Notes: generated by a model not told the origin, from the sequence alone. Positions 32,400-46,241 are shown, numbered from the stretch's first letter. The stretch is 64,000 bases of DNA from Azolla caroliniana (GCA_043228905.1 JBHGNT010000008.1:21700001-21764000), one strand, 5' to 3'. Made by a program: numbers and translations.

Positions 32400-35300
32400 A
32401 TTGCTTCATTCACATTTAAAAGAGTTTCAGGATGTCTTCACTAAGGAATGGCCAAAAGGGTTAACCCCTTAAACACAATATTGAACATCATATCGATCTC
32501 ATATCAGGTACTACACCTATTCGTATTCCTATGAATTGACTTAGTCAAACAAAAGAAAATAAGATCTCCTGGCAATTTAAGGAGTACTTAAGGATGGTTC
32601 ATATATACTACAGTAAATCACTCTGGGATGGACGAATCCTTTTGGTCAAGAAAAAAGATGGAATTTGGCAACTATGTATCAATTATCTTCTATTGAATAA
32701 AGTCATTATCATGAATAGGCATCCCTTGCCCCAAGTAGATGATTTGGTAAATCGTCTACAATGAGCTAAATACTTTTCTAAGATTGATTTGAGAACTTGT
32801 TATTGCCAAATTCTCATAGTTGAAAACCATACTCCCAAAATGACATTTTGTATGCACTATGACCATTCCAAGTTCCTAGTCATGCCTTTTGATTTCACGA
32901 ATGCTCTGCCCACATTCCAACGAGAAATTAATGATCTATTTCAAGGGCCAACTCAAATCATTTATCATTGTATTCTTTGATCATATGCTTATTTATAGTT
33001 GTACCTTGGATGAACATAGTAAACACCTCTCTTTTGTCCTCTAAACATTACATGACAAACCATTTTTTGCCAAATTTTTACTTATCTTGGACATTTGATC
33101 GCTAAATGAGGTGTGCAATTTGATCCTTCTCTAATAGAGAAAGTCAAACTTTGGCCTACTCGTACCATCCAAGAGCTACGTTCATTTCTATTCACAATTA
33201 ATCCCCATTGACAACATTGTTTACAAACCATATAAAAGGCAAAACACGCAAATCTATCAAATTAATCCCTTGGGATGTGGGATGACTATCTAGACAAGTC
33301 AATTAAAATACTCAAAGAACATGTGTCCAAGTCCTTCATTTCTCGAACCGAACCCATCTAAACCTTTTGAGGTTGAAATTAATGTAAACGATTATGTGGT
33401 AGGGGTAGTCGTGTATCAAGATGCCAAACATGTCACATAGGATAGTAAGAAACTTATTCCTACTCAGTTTTGATACTCAATTCTAGAAATAAGAACTATT
33501 TGCAATCATACATGCACTTAAGTCATGGAGACATTACCTTTGGAAATCGTTTTGTGGTAACTATGAACCACCACTCTTGAAAATATTTCAAGACCTCTTG
33601 GGTCGTAAAGCACAATGGACAAATCTCATTCAAGACGTTGCTTTCTCTATGAACATTGTTGTTGATGCATTGATCATATTTAAATTTGATATATATGAAC
33701 ACCTTTCAGGAAAGTACCTTGATGAAAGTTATTTTAGGCATTTCTGGGTTAGAGTTGAATCTGAAGCAGATGCCATAAACAATTCAACGTCAAACAGAAC
33801 CTTTCACACTGTAAATTGTTTGCTTTACCATAGTGGAAAGCTTTGTCTTCCCAATTTGCTTGAGGTAAAAAAGAAAATAATTTTTTAATGTCATGCACTC
33901 TCAGTTAGGCCTTTTGGGATACATAGTAAGCTTGTTTTTATCTCTACTCAATTTTTTGGGCCTAAAATGTGTTCATGACATAGAAGATTATGTAATTAAA
34001 CATCACCAATTCATGTTAACAAGGCTGAATGACTTAAGATTGCAGATCTTTTATATATTTTTAGATATTCCTTATAAAAATGGGAAAGTATATCAATGGA
34101 TTTCATGGTTAGTTTACCACGCACTCAAAAAAGTTGTAGTCATTGATAGATTAACAAAAATGACCAGATTTACTATTCCAATAATCCATGGTGACAACTC
34201 AAGACTTGGTTTACTAATTCATTAATGAGTTATTCTAATTGTGTGGGTTACTGATGGATATAATGAGTCATAGAGATACTAATTTTACTACCAGTTTTTG
34301 GACACTAGAAATTAGAAACTACTTTGAACATGAGTTCCAAATACCACCCTCAATCGGACAAACACAATGAGTTGATCAAATCATTGAGGATATGCTTCGA
34401 ACGTATGTCGTTAAGAAGCCCACTAAATGGGTTTGTTTATAATAGCTCCAAGTATATATTAATTGGATATAATCCTTTTATGTTGATGTATTATTTTCAG
34501 CCACGTGCCCGATTAATGACAACATTCATCATGATGAGCTACAAAGTACACGACTTTTAAGGGATACGCAAGATATGTTGCATATAGCTCACGACAATAT
34601 AAAAATAGCTCAAGATAGAGCTATTGTCACCAGCATTGTCAAGCTCGTGTATTTCTCCCTAGACAGAAAGTGTTTTTACAAGTGCCTCATGAGTTTGTAA
34701 CATATGGATAAGTGTGTTAAATTAGCCCCTACTTTTGTGGACCTTTCAAAGTACTCAACCATATTGATTCATCTACCTATCGCTTGGACCTTCCAGCTGG
34801 CATCAAAGTCCATCTTGTCTTTCACTTGGGTTTTGATGATAATTCAATTTTCGTTAAAACTTTGATTACTTTTGAGGATTTGGCATCCAAACCCCATAGG
34901 CCAAAAAGAATTCTCAATTCTAAAACTAAATTATTACATTCAAATCATATTCAAGAGTTTAAAGTTATATGGATGGATGATTATATCGAAGATGCTACTT
35001 GAGAGTAAGAAGATGCTCTTGAAAAGCAACTTCCCTCCCTAAGTATTCATTACAAGACTGCAATCTTTTAGAGAGGGGGAGTATGTTACAAGCATAATTG
35101 TAATCGTAGTTCACTAACCTCAGGGTTAGATGTGGGCTAGTTCATAAGGAACAAAGGGTGAAGATTGAGTTTATCTCAATCCTACGATGGAAGCTAAATT
35201 TAGAGTGTTGCATCACTTTGCCACTTATAAGAAAGCAACCAAATGTGAAATAGACAAAGGGCTTGGTTTGAGCCTTTATAAGAAGGCTAGCTACCTTCGT

Positions 35301-35543
35301 GAAGGAGGTCATCTTTATTATTTTGGATATAGACTCTAATTGTGTAGCAAAGCTCTAGCTTCAAACATATGTGCCTCCTTCAAACCCAAGGTACGATCCA
35401 TGTTCGTACTTAATGGTATGAGACACAAATAGGGAACTAAGATTTGTCTCTCACCTTCACTAGGAGGTGATCGAGTGAACTAGCATCCTTTCTTCCTTAT
35501 TTTTTCTCCTCAATTCTGCTTAACATTAATTAAGATTCTTACA
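32400..35543 (+). mobile_element. Highly decayed Ty3/gypsy chromovirus (RT-RH-IN-chromodomain-PPT-LTR)
   Basis: Remnants LVKKKDG, LVMPFDFTNA..TFQR, VVIDRLTKM, YHPQSD and chromo-like FKVIWMD..EDAT. PPT GAGAGGGGGAG at 35071, LTR start TGTTAC at 35084. Both ends are approximate. Confidence 0.8.
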
Positions 35544-36074
35544 AAAAGACTTGGTTATAATATCTAATGCCCTTTTAAAGAGAGTGTGGATGTCACTTTT
35601 GATGTTATTGGAGATAAATACTCAAGCCTAGTCTTCCAATGGTGAACAATCATCTTCCTTATTCATTAGGAATATGTATTTTCATATTAGATGTACTTTC
35701 CCTCACATCTCACAAACAGGGCTCTCAAAAAATCAGTGAAAACCAATGATAATTTCATTATGAGAATCATTGAACATATCAACAACTTAACCCATAGCTT
35801 TGAGCCTCATTCTTTTTGGTACAAGAGAACCCCTTAAATATAGGGTTTGGAACCATGGGTTGATGGAACCCCTTTGTGTACAATCATCAACATGATGTTA
35901 TTCGAAGAAGAAGAGTTTCACTAGGTGTAGACACTTGGGGAGAGAGACCATATGGTCACTGATTTATGAGATTGATCGTTGTGATGCGAACCCCCACAAG
36001 ACACAAACATAGGAATAAAACCATCTCTCTCTAAGGCTCGGGTTTCCTCTCGTTTCACTTCGACTTTCAAACAA

Positions 36075-36078
<4 letters not shown>

Positions 36079-36107
<29 letters not shown>

Positions 36108-36149
36108 TGTATGTATGTATGTATGTATGTATGTATGTATGTATGTATG

Positions 36150-36181
<32 letters not shown>

Positions 36182-36556
36182 TGTATGTATGTATGTATGT
36201 ATGTATGTATGTATGTATGTATGTACGTATGTATGTATGTATGTATGTATGTATGTATGTTATGTATGTGTATGTGTATGTGCATATATATGTGCATATA
36301 TATGTGGATGTGGATGTGGATGTGGATGTGTATATGTACATGTGTATGTGTATGTATGTATTTGTATGTGTATGTGTATGTGCATATGTATGTTCATATG
36401 CATATGCATGTGTATGTGGATATGTATGTTCATATGCATATGCATATGTATGTGTATATGTATGTGGATATGTATGTGTATGTGTTTATGTGTATGTGTA
36501 TGTGTACGTGTATGTGTATGTGTATGTGTATATATGTATATGTATGTATTTGTATG
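36079..36556. repeat. (TATG)n microsatellite grading into degenerate 6-mer repeats
   Basis: Seen directly; it explains the MYVC/YIHT pseudo-ORFs. Confidence 0.97.
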
Positions 36557-36709
36557 TAGTAGATATACATATATTGAAAACTTAGCACAGAACAGAGTCT
36601 AGATCATGGAATTAGGGTTAGGGTTAGGGTTTTAGCAATGGACTAGGACTTGGTCTTACAGACACCCACATACACAACCACCCATTTTCTCCAGATGAGC
36701 TAAACTACT

Positions 36710-37824
36710 ATGGAAATCATAAATGAACTGCAGCAAGCAGAGGCTGTCTTCTCAGATTTAATGGACTCGCTGATCGTTGACATTGCATCCGAAGCCCACC
36801 GTGGAGCTCGGCTAGGGTTAGACCCAAGGCTTAAAATAGATGAAGAAGAAGAAGAAGAAGAAAATAGGTTGGGTGTTCAAGCTGGGCTTATCGTGGAAGG
36901 GATCTCAGGGAATAGTACTGAAAATGATTCTAACCACGGTGGAGTAGATATATTTAATCAGAAGCATCCTTCTGTTGCTAGAGAAGTCATTGAATGTATG
37001 AATTGCCATCGAAAGGTTATGGCAGGCCGGTTTGCACCACATCTCGAGAAATGCATGGGAAAGGTCTCTCCTCTCACACATGGAGTTAACATTTCTTTAT
37101 TTGCGCTATTTATGATCTGAATATCATTGATCGATTTCAGCATCTATGGATTTTGATGATGTATAGGCAAAATATGGAGCATATGGCAATGATTGTCTGT
37201 GCATATCATGGTGCATATGATAATGATAGTCTGTGTGCAACCTGGTACAATTGGTAACAATTTCTTGTGTCTTTAGACAACGTTGTGCTTAAGATGATAT
37301 TTTCAGCAAATAATACTATGTGCATACATACAGATTTAGATGGTCTATGTTTACCATTGTGCACAAGGTATCGATTACTTATGTTGACATAGAATTGATT
37401 ATGTATATGCATCGTGCATGATGTACTCATGGATTTGAGGATTTTATATACATGGTGAATCATTTCTCTTTATCCAGTGATGTTTTAGATGAGGAATGAA
37501 GCTAACAGCCAGTATTTTGTGGTATGCTGTCTGTGTGTGTAGAGTGTTGCATGCTCCATATATTGCATCATGTTTGATAGACCAACAAAACGAAATGAGT
37601 CCAATGATTCATTGTCTTCTTTTGGGAATGCCATTGATTGATTTCAGAAACTATATATACACATGGATATTGATGATCTATATGTCTTGTTGCACACTTA
37701 ATAATATACAAAATTTGTTTCAAGGATTCAGGGAAGAAGGGTTAGGCAGAAAACAACAAGGAAGACAAACCCTGTGGTGCAGAGGAAGACACGGGGCATG
37801 ACAGAAAATGCAAAGAAAACCTGA
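36710..37824 (+). CDS. SGF11: SAGA-associated factor 11 (DUB-module zinc-finger subunit); exons 36710-37063 and 37732-37824
   Basis: N-terminal DLMDSLIVDIASEAHR and zinc finger ECMNCHRKVMAGRFAPHLEKCMGK|GRRVR. GT-AG intron in phase 0. Confidence 0.9.
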
Positions 37825-40456
37825 AGCTAGAGCTCACACCATGGATATGCATGTTTCAGAAATCAAGGATGAGACTATTATTTGACTGCTCATTCTGTAA
37901 TGTACATAGCTGGCGAATCGAAATGAAACATGATTATCCAAATTCTTGCTTTGGTGATTAGTTTGATTTTCTATGTTTGTTGTGTCTTAATGCAACCATT
38001 GATAATAGAGTATGTATGTCATCATGGGGAATGTGGCGACAAAGTATTTGTTGTATTTTTTTGTTCGATAATGACTTGGATCATTCTTAAAGTTATGAAT
38101 GCTTAGAAATATCAGTTGCTTTTTTGCTTTTGAATATCTTTTACCTTGATGGCTGATATTAATGTGCCTGTGATCTTAATGATGAATAGCTTTTCAGCAT
38201 TATGATCTTTCCCTGGAAAATGTTGCTACATTCTATTCACTGAACAAGGCAGTGCTTTTAAAAAGGTAGTTTTGTTATTATATAATCATCCTTAGATATT
38301 AAGGATTAGCTTTTCCTGCACATTTTTCATGAATTGTGATTCAGAGTTCATTTCTTTTCTTTTCTTTTTCTTTTAGCACACTTGAGTCTCATTGCAATAA
38401 AAAGAGAGTGTCTCATGTAGGCTTATGTTTAATTGTCTGAAGTAACAAAAACAGTTTTTATTTATACATTTGTTTCTCCTCATGGACATAAAGGCATTAT
38501 GTGTTGTGTGCCTTACCTCTAATAGTCATTGCCTTTGGTCCTCCATCAGATGCAAAGCTTGTCTTTCACATTTGTGGGTTCAAGCCCTCTAGATGCATTA
38601 TGAATTTGGCCATCTATATTCACAAGGCTTGTTCAAATGGCCAAGAAACCATGGTCATGATGCACAGACTATATGTTGGCTTGAGTACACAAGGTTGAAT
38701 CACTTATCACCAATGGCACTAATACAAACACCATAGCTAAGATGGTTAATGTGGCACATACCATAACAAGAGTGTTCATCAAAACAATACAAAGTTACAG
38801 ATGAGTCGAATGAATCAACCATGAAATACCTCTTGTCAAGGGCTTGTAGGTTATCTGAAGTTCTAAGTAGTGGGAAAATGGGAAAGATGTGCCATGTAAT
38901 GTTGCATATCACATTCTTGGTGGTGAGATTTCTTCCATATTTGCACACATTGACCCTTAATAACACTACCTGAATGAGAAATCTTCTGCACCATGCTTTC
39001 AAAAGCTCCTTAGTCTACCTATGAGATTTGAGTGTATGTGCAAGTAATCCCTAGTGCAATGCACCATGGAAATGCATATCTCCAATAACATCAGAAAAAT
39101 AATCTTCAGAACCCATTTTTTAATAGGACCAAGGGCACCAAAAAAAGCTATTGGTGGGAAATGTTGGTGTGCACAGAATCCATCATTGTTAGTATGTGGG
39201 CAATCCATCAGAATCCATCCTTCGTAAGTTTGCATCAAACTTTGGACAAGGAGATGACATCTGGAAAGGGAACTAAAAAGATAAACACGGAAGAAAAAAA
39301 GAAAGTTATATTAACATCTTAAGCAAGTTTATCTTAACCCATGGGACAATTCTGATACATCCAGTATCCATCGCATTACATTCTGCTTTGGGGTAGCTGC
39401 AATTGCTCGCTAATCTGGACTATCTTAAAACACTCTTAAATTCATCATGGGAATCAATTAGGCTTTCTACATAGCCACTGTACATTCATCCATGCAACAC
39501 ACATTGTCATACACATGAATATGCACACTGCATGGATAGATACCTAGGAATATGTACATACCTGCATGTGTACATTCACATGAACACACACACTACCTAG
39601 GTAATCATGTGCATGGGTATGTATGAATGCATACATAAGCGTAAGCACACATACTCATACATGCATACATATATATACATTCACATACAAGCATTCATGC
39701 AAACACACAATGCCCAGAGTAAACACAGATTACATATATATACATGATGCAAAAAAGAGCTTCTGATTATATGTCTCATACCTTGTATACTCCACGACAT
39801 GTACGAGACCTGTTCTACAGAGCTCCAAAAGGCTGTGGTGGTGACACCTCCATCCCTATCTCTCTACATACGTCGAGACACAAAAAGTGAAAATGACATG
39901 ATTGAACCCAAGAATAGAGTATATAGTGTTTTGCTTACTAGGGTCCAAACCAAATCATTATACTTCGGGTTGGTGGAGCCTCAAATTTTGGAAGATGATT
40001 GGAACCTGATTAGTGGTTGGACTCTCATCATTGCTAAAATGTTCACAATGCTGATTCATGTGGCGTCTATACAACACTTTCACTGGGGCCAAAACTGTGG
40101 CAATCTTGAGCATGGCAAAATCACAGTCATGAATGAAAGCCATGGTCTATGCACGAGTGCCATCTCGTTTATATAAATATATAAACCCAACCACAGTAGT
40201 GAGATTTTTGTAAGTTTGCTGATGAAGGTTTTGATGTCCATCTTGTTTGGCAATCTCCAAAAGCGATCAGTCAAATCTTTCTCAATAGTCCCCCACGTCT
40301 TCAGTAGTTTCCCTCCTCTGCATCACTTGTTGAATGCCTCTTATAGACTATGACACACAATGCACATTGGCATCTTCAAGGAAAAGCATATTGTATCCAT
40401 TTGCCCATTAGATTGTTTCCTCCTCTATTAAGCATCTTGTATACTTTTATATTTCA

Positions 40457-43378
40457 TTAACTTGTTTTCCTCCTCTTTCTTTTTCCAGCAGCATATTTCA
40501 GCCTCATGACCTCAACCCTTTGTGCATCATGCTGCATATTTGCAGATGCAAAAGTACTAGCCATGAGTGCATATGCTGGAGCACAATTATGATCTAGTTG
40601 AATGGTTTGATCAAAGGCTAATTTGCCAAGCTCTACATTGCCCCATTTCTCACAAGCACCTAATAATGCAAGCCAAATTAGAAGGTAATCGTAAGATGAC
40701 ATTGATTGAATAACCAACATTGCCTTATCAAAATCGCCAGCATATCCAAGTGCCACCACCATGCAAGTGTGGTGCTCCATGTTCCGAATAAGGTTATGTT
40801 TTTGGGTCATATTTGCGTAGATAACTTGAGCATCATCCAAAAGCCCCGAGTGACTGCATGCACTTAGAAGAGAGAGGAGTGTGATCTCATCCGGACACAC
40901 CCTATCTCTTTGCATCTTTTCAAAACACTTCAAAGCTTCACGACCTTGGCCTTGCTGGGCATAGCCACCAATCAGGGCATTCCAACCAACTCTGTCTCGA
41001 ACTGGAAGCTTTTCCATCACTTCTATTGCTTTTGCAAGCATACCACATTTGGCATACATATCCACCAAAGCATTGCCAAGCACATTATCTTTCTCTAGCA
41101 AGCCTTTACTGATAATTTCATCGTGGATTTCTATGCCCTTGTCTATAGCTCCTATGTTTCCACATGCCCTCAAGGTGCAAATAAATGTCACGGAATCTGG
41201 ACATAGACCTAATTGGCTTTGCAATCGTTCAAAATAATTTACTGCTTTGCGACCTTGCTCAGGCTCTTGAGCAAATGCGGTAATAATTGCATTCCAAGAA
41301 GCTATATTTCTTCCACGAAGATCTTCAAAAACTTCTTGTGCTTTCATAAGCATGCCACATTTGGCATACATATCCAATAAAGCATTTCCAAGCACAATAT
41401 ATTTATCCAACCAGTCTCTATTTACAATCTCGGAATGAATGGATTTGCCCTTATCTATTGCTCCTAAGTTGCCACATGCCTGCAAGATGCAAATGAAAGT
41501 GACCACATTTGGTGATAGACCCTCATTTTGCATTTGCTCAAAACAATTCATTGCTTTGTGATCTTGCCCATGTTGAATGAATCCATTGATTAGTGTATTC
41601 CACGAGACATGATCTCGAGCCATAATCTCTTCAAGCACTTCGTGTGCTTTTCTGAGTTCATCACATTTGACATACATGTTCACTAAAGCATTACCAATGA
41701 CACTATCCTTACTAAGCCAACCCTTGCTTGCAATCTCCTTGTGGATTTGTTTGCCTTTGTCAATAGCTCCAATATTGCCACAAGCCTTTAGAATGCAAGT
41801 AAAAGCCACTACATCTGGAGAAATGCCCTCACTTTGCATTGATTCAAAACAATTTAGTGCATGTTGATCTTCCGCTTGGTCAACGTATCCTGATATAAGA
41901 GAAGACCAACCAACCACATTTCGAACAGGAAGGTCTTCTAGCACTTGTGCAGCTGTGACCAAATCGCCACATTTTACATACATATCTATCAATGCAGTGC
42001 CAATTATATCATTCTTCTTTAGAAGTCCCTTACTCACGATCTCATCATGAATACATTTTCCCTTGTTGATTGCTCCTACTATGCCACATGCCTTCAAGAT
42101 ACAAGTGAACGACACCTCATCTGGATGTAGTCCTTCACTTTGTAACCGATTGAAACTTATCAATGCTTCATGACCCTGCCCATGGTTGCAATAACCGTAA
42201 ATTAAAGTATTCCATGAAAATATGTCTCGGAAAGGAAGTGTGTCTACCACTTCCTGTGCTTTTGTAAGCACACCACATTTGGCATACATATCTACCAAAG
42301 CATTGCCAAGCACGATGTCTTTCTCTAGCAAGCCCCTACTTATGATTTCTTGATGTATTCGTTTTCCCTTTCCGATAGCTCCTAACCTACCACAAGCCTT
42401 TAATATGCCGATCATGGTGACTATATCTGACAAGATTCCTTCAATTCGCATACGTTTGTAACAATCCAATGCTTCCTGGACTTGTCTTTGCTGTGTATAA
42501 CCTCCAATAAGTGCATTCCATGAGACAACATTTCGTATTGGGATTTCGTCGAGAATTTCTCTTGCTTTTGCAGTAACTCCACATTTGATGTACATATCCA
42601 CCAAAGCATTGCACAGGACAATATCCTTCTCTAACAAACCTTTTCTACTCACAATCTCAACATGGATTCGTTTTCCCTTATCAATATCTCCAATGGTTCC
42701 ACAAGCCTTCAAGACGCAAACAAAAAAAGAACCTGATTCGGCATAGATGCCCTCATGTTGCATTTGTTCATACCATTTTAGGGCTTGATGACCTTGTCTA
42801 TCTTGGACATACCCTGAGATCAATAAGGACCACGAAGAGAAGTTTCGGGCACACAGCTCATCGTGAGCTCGTTGGGCATCCAAAAGAGAACCACATTTCA
42901 CATACATATCAACCAAAGCAATGCCCAATACAATATCTGTATCCGACAAGTCTTCTCTTCTATTCTGATCAACAATATGCCCATGGATGAGCTTTCCTTT
43001 CTTTATGTCTCCTATGGTAGCACAAGCTTTCAAAATGCAAGTGAATGTTACCAAATTCGGCGAAATAGACTCAGAATGCATTCTTTCGAGACACATTAGG
43101 GCTTGTTCACATGGACCCATTTGGGCGTATCCAGAAATAAGTGCATTCCAAGAGACTATGTTTGCAAATAAAAGCTCTTTCAGAATTTCGTGAGCTTCAA
43201 CAAGAAGGCCACATTTGGAGTACATGCTTATTAGGGCGCTTGCTAGATAATGACTCCTGTCAAATAACCCTCTTTTGAGAAGATCAGCATGCAACGTATA
43301 GCCTTTGTGGATGCTCTTTTCCTTCCCACAAGCCTTGAGTGAGGCCACAATAGTGAAATGCTCTGTTTCTTCATTCAT
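40457..43378 (-). CDS. PLS-class pentatricopeptide repeat protein with an E domain (probable organellar RNA-editing factor), single exon, ~973 aa from the first ATG
   Basis: Repeating P-L-S triplets (NALVDMYAKCG, SWNALI.GY, TF.CILKACG), LLSACSHSG and E-domain WLALLGAC..WGN. No DYW domain. The ORF-track start at 43444 is a TTG. Confidence 0.93.
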   Translation of the reverse strand: MNEETEHFTIVASLKACGKEKSIHKGYTLHADLLKRGLFDRSHYLASALISMYSKCGLLVEAHEILKELLFANIVSWNALISGYAQMGPCEQALMCLERMHSESISPNLVTFTCILKACATIGDIKKGKLIHGHIVDQNRREDLSDTDIVLGIALVDMYVKCGSLLDAQRAHDELCARNFSSWSLLISGYVQDRQGHQALKWYEQMQHEGIYAESGSFFVCVLKACGTIGDIDKGKRIHVEIVSRKGLLEKDIVLCNALVDMYIKCGVTAKAREILDEIPIRNVVSWNALIGGYTQQRQVQEALDCYKRMRIEGILSDIVTMIGILKACGRLGAIGKGKRIHQEIISRGLLEKDIVLGNALVDMYAKCGVLTKAQEVVDTLPFRDIFSWNTLIYGYCNHGQGHEALISFNRLQSEGLHPDEVSFTCILKACGIVGAINKGKCIHDEIVSKGLLKKNDIIGTALIDMYVKCGDLVTAAQVLEDLPVRNVVGWSSLISGYVDQAEDQHALNCFESMQSEGISPDVVAFTCILKACGNIGAIDKGKQIHKEIASKGWLSKDSVIGNALVNMYVKCDELRKAHEVLEEIMARDHVSWNTLINGFIQHGQDHKAMNCFEQMQNEGLSPNVVTFICILQACGNLGAIDKGKSIHSEIVNRDWLDKYIVLGNALLDMYAKCGMLMKAQEVFEDLRGRNIASWNAIITAFAQEPEQGRKAVNYFERLQSQLGLCPDSVTFICTLRACGNIGAIDKGIEIHDEIISKGLLEKDNVLGNALVDMYAKCGMLAKAIEVMEKLPVRDRVGWNALIGGYAQQGQGREALKCFEKMQRDRVCPDEITLLSLLSACSHSGLLDDAQVIYANMTQKHNLIRNMEHHTCMVVALGYAGDFDKAMLVIQSMSSYDYLLIWLALLGACEKWGNVELGKLAFDQTIQLDHNCAPAYALMASTFASANMQHDAQRVEVMRLKYAAGKRKRRKTS

Positions 43379-43804
43379 ATTTGCTTTTCTTTGATAGCAA
43401 ATGGATAATGGTTGCTTCTTGTTCTGTTGTTTTAAGATCTTCAAGAACCCAATGAGGATTTTGACCTAACCATCCAAAGATAGTAGAAAATCAGCAATAA
43501 TTTTACAGGGAGACAGAGACAGAGACAGAGACTCCCTGGGAAAACATTGAGATTTTCACATGTAACCAAATCTATGAAGGGTTCTCAAGTTTCCATGGCT
43601 TGGGATGTAGTCTATGCTATCAATTAACACCAAATTATATGAACAAATATCTCCCCATTTGATTGAAGCTTTCCATTCTAAAACATCACACAATCTCAGG
43701 CTTCAATTTTTAGTTACAATTTTCCAAAACTTAGAGGTGATTGTAAGGGACAAATTGCCATGTTGATAATTGCTTAAAACATGTTGTGGTAGGTAGTAGG
43801 TTAC

Positions 43805-44330
43805 TAGTGGGATGGCAACGGTTTGAACCAAACCAAACCGTGAAACCACGGCTTAACAGTTTAAACGGTTCCGTTCTGTTGGTTCAAATTTTTGTAAATG
43901 GTTCGGTTCGGTTCGAACCTTTAACGGTTTTCAATTAAAACGGTTTGAAATCGCAATTCAAACAACAGTTTTAATGGTTTGACAATTTAGAATTGACACT
44001 CGATAATTTTCTTAAATATTTTTTTGAACATTATAAGCCTAATTTTGATCATTTTGGAAGCAACACTAAATTTAGGCTCACCAAGAGACCAAGCTTCATA
44101 AGGAGAAGAATGCAAACATTTTTTTGAAACTCAAATTAGAAATGCCCTATGGCACTCCTTAGAAGAGTTGATCATGCAAGTTAGAATCAACTTCCAATTC
44201 AAACTTTATGTACCTTCTCAAATTCGTCTCCATTGAGATACTTCTCAAGAAATAAGTGTTTTACTTGCTGGCGAAAGGAGATATATGTCGTCAATTATGA
44301 GTGGTATATAGAGCAAAATATCCTAAGGTG
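43805..44330 (+). mobile_element. Possible hAT-type DNA transposon remnant
   Basis: TAGTGGGATGGCAACGG end followed by AACCG/CGGTT subterminal repeats, typical of plant hAT ends. The partner end was not found. Confidence 0.4.
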
Positions 44331-44687
44331 TTTCCAAAAAAACGAATCTAACCGAGAAAGAGGTCATTGCAAAGAGAAAACAAGAATGGTTCAACTTCAT
44401 GTGTAGTAAATACAAAGAGAAAACAAGATTTATTTTACACAAGCTAGAAGTATCTCATTTACAAATTACAAACACAAAAAAACGGCAATATCTTGGGTAT
44501 ATTTCAAGCAAAGGTGAGGTATTGGTAATATTTCTCCATTTACAGTAGGCTAGTAGATCAATATTGCCATAGTTTATCAATACTATCACAAATATGAGAT
44601 TGCAACAACTTTCACACTACGATTCATCAGCCATACTCCCTCCATTATATCAAACCCAAGAAATTTTTGTAGTTGCAATTCAAAGAA

Positions 44688-44971
44688 GGGAAAAGTACCA
44701 AGATACCCCTGGAAGTTCCAAATTTACCAAAACTACCCATATGTCCAAAAAATTAGACTTTATAAAGTAATTATACACTCAAATCTTTGGTAAATAGGGC
44801 TAGTTCATGTCCATTTCTTCCATCTTGGGTAAATAGGGCTTGTAGATTTGAGTGTATAATTACTTTATAAAGTGTAATTTTTTGGACATAGGAGTAGTTT
44901 GGTAAATTTGGAACTTCCAGGGGCATTCTAGTAAATAGACGAACTTCTAGGGGTATCCTAGTACTTTTCCC
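44688..44971. mobile_element. Mutator-like foldback MITE
   Basis: TIR GGGAAAAGTAC..GTACTTTTCCC extending ~100 bp. 9-bp TSD TTCAAAGAA / TTAAAAGAA (1 mismatch). Confidence 0.85.
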
Positions 44972-46241
44972 TTAAAAGAATGATCAAGGGGAAACCTCTT
45001 ACACTAATGTGGCAATATATGCCTATTGAGACCAATGTGTTATACATCTAGCTATATGAGCATTTACATGTACACATTTATTTTCTCGGAGATTGACAAC
45101 ATGCTTTTGTCTAAGAGTGATTAAAACTCATATATGCGGGATTGTATTTGCAATATTCCAAACCTATAATAGTTCACATGGATAAAATGACCAACGAAAA
45201 TGACAATCTTTCGAGATGTCATCACAAATTGTGGAGTAAGGAACTTAGAATGCTCTAGGATCTCAATCTACACACAAACGATGGCATCAATGGAGCGAAC
45301 ATCCATTTGAATTCTTGGGACATAACATCAAGTGTGAACCTTGTTATGAGGCTGAAAGCAATCATTGGGTGATTTTAGACTAAAATATCATACAAACCAT
45401 ATTATTCAATAGTTTCTAGATGAGAAGTTGTTTTCGACCAACCATGCATATTGACGAGGATCTGGCATATCCTCTCTAACGTTTTTTACATTGATATTAA
45501 ACTATTATAAATGCATGCTTTTTCACATGTAGAAAACACTAACATTTGAAATACATACCGACTTTGACGAAGGCAAACATAAAAGTAGGAGTAGTGCTAG
45601 GGGAGAGAGACAGAGACAAAGACAGAGACAGAGAGAACATTGTTTTATTATTGTCATATTGATAAACTTTAACACAATAAGTTATGATCTTATATCAAAC
45701 TTTAACTAACAAGGAGTTATGAGTTATATTAATTTATTGTTTGCTACCCCATAACTCCTAGGATCTTCTCAATTCTCATGCGACATATCAAGACCTCGTT
45801 ATCCAATACATTATGTAACACAAACACTTGTTTCTCCCCTCGTGAAGTTGTTAAAGGTAAGTACATGTAGGGCTACTATTGGCGGGATCCAATGGTGTGC
45901 ACCCTTCATAGATTTGGTCTTATTTTCAGGCATTGAATCTCGACCACTTATTGTCTCTTTCCTTGTCTAATAACAATGATGTTATATCCCTTGATGTTTG
46001 GATCAACACTAACAATCTAATATAGGTCATAATGACTTTTTGCTCGTGAACACAATATTGATTGGAAGGAGGTCAATCAAACTTATGAATAGGAGGATCC
46101 TTGGCTCTCATCATCATTATCGAGTGATCATCACACTCGGAGTCTAGTGTTTTACACTTGACACCTATGAGCCAATGGTATAAGACTATGTAATTAGGGC
46201 TGATGCCAATTCACTCATTATTAGCTCCCAAGCTCCGAAAT

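Noticed and set aside
35964-36602. ORFs of 125-171 aa (MYVC/YIHT repeats)
   Set aside because: They are translations of a stop-free (TATG)n microsatellite.
38400-40400. Possible decayed coding sequence between SGF11 and the PPR gene
   Set aside because: Only short ORFs with no motif I recognise and no consistent splice model.
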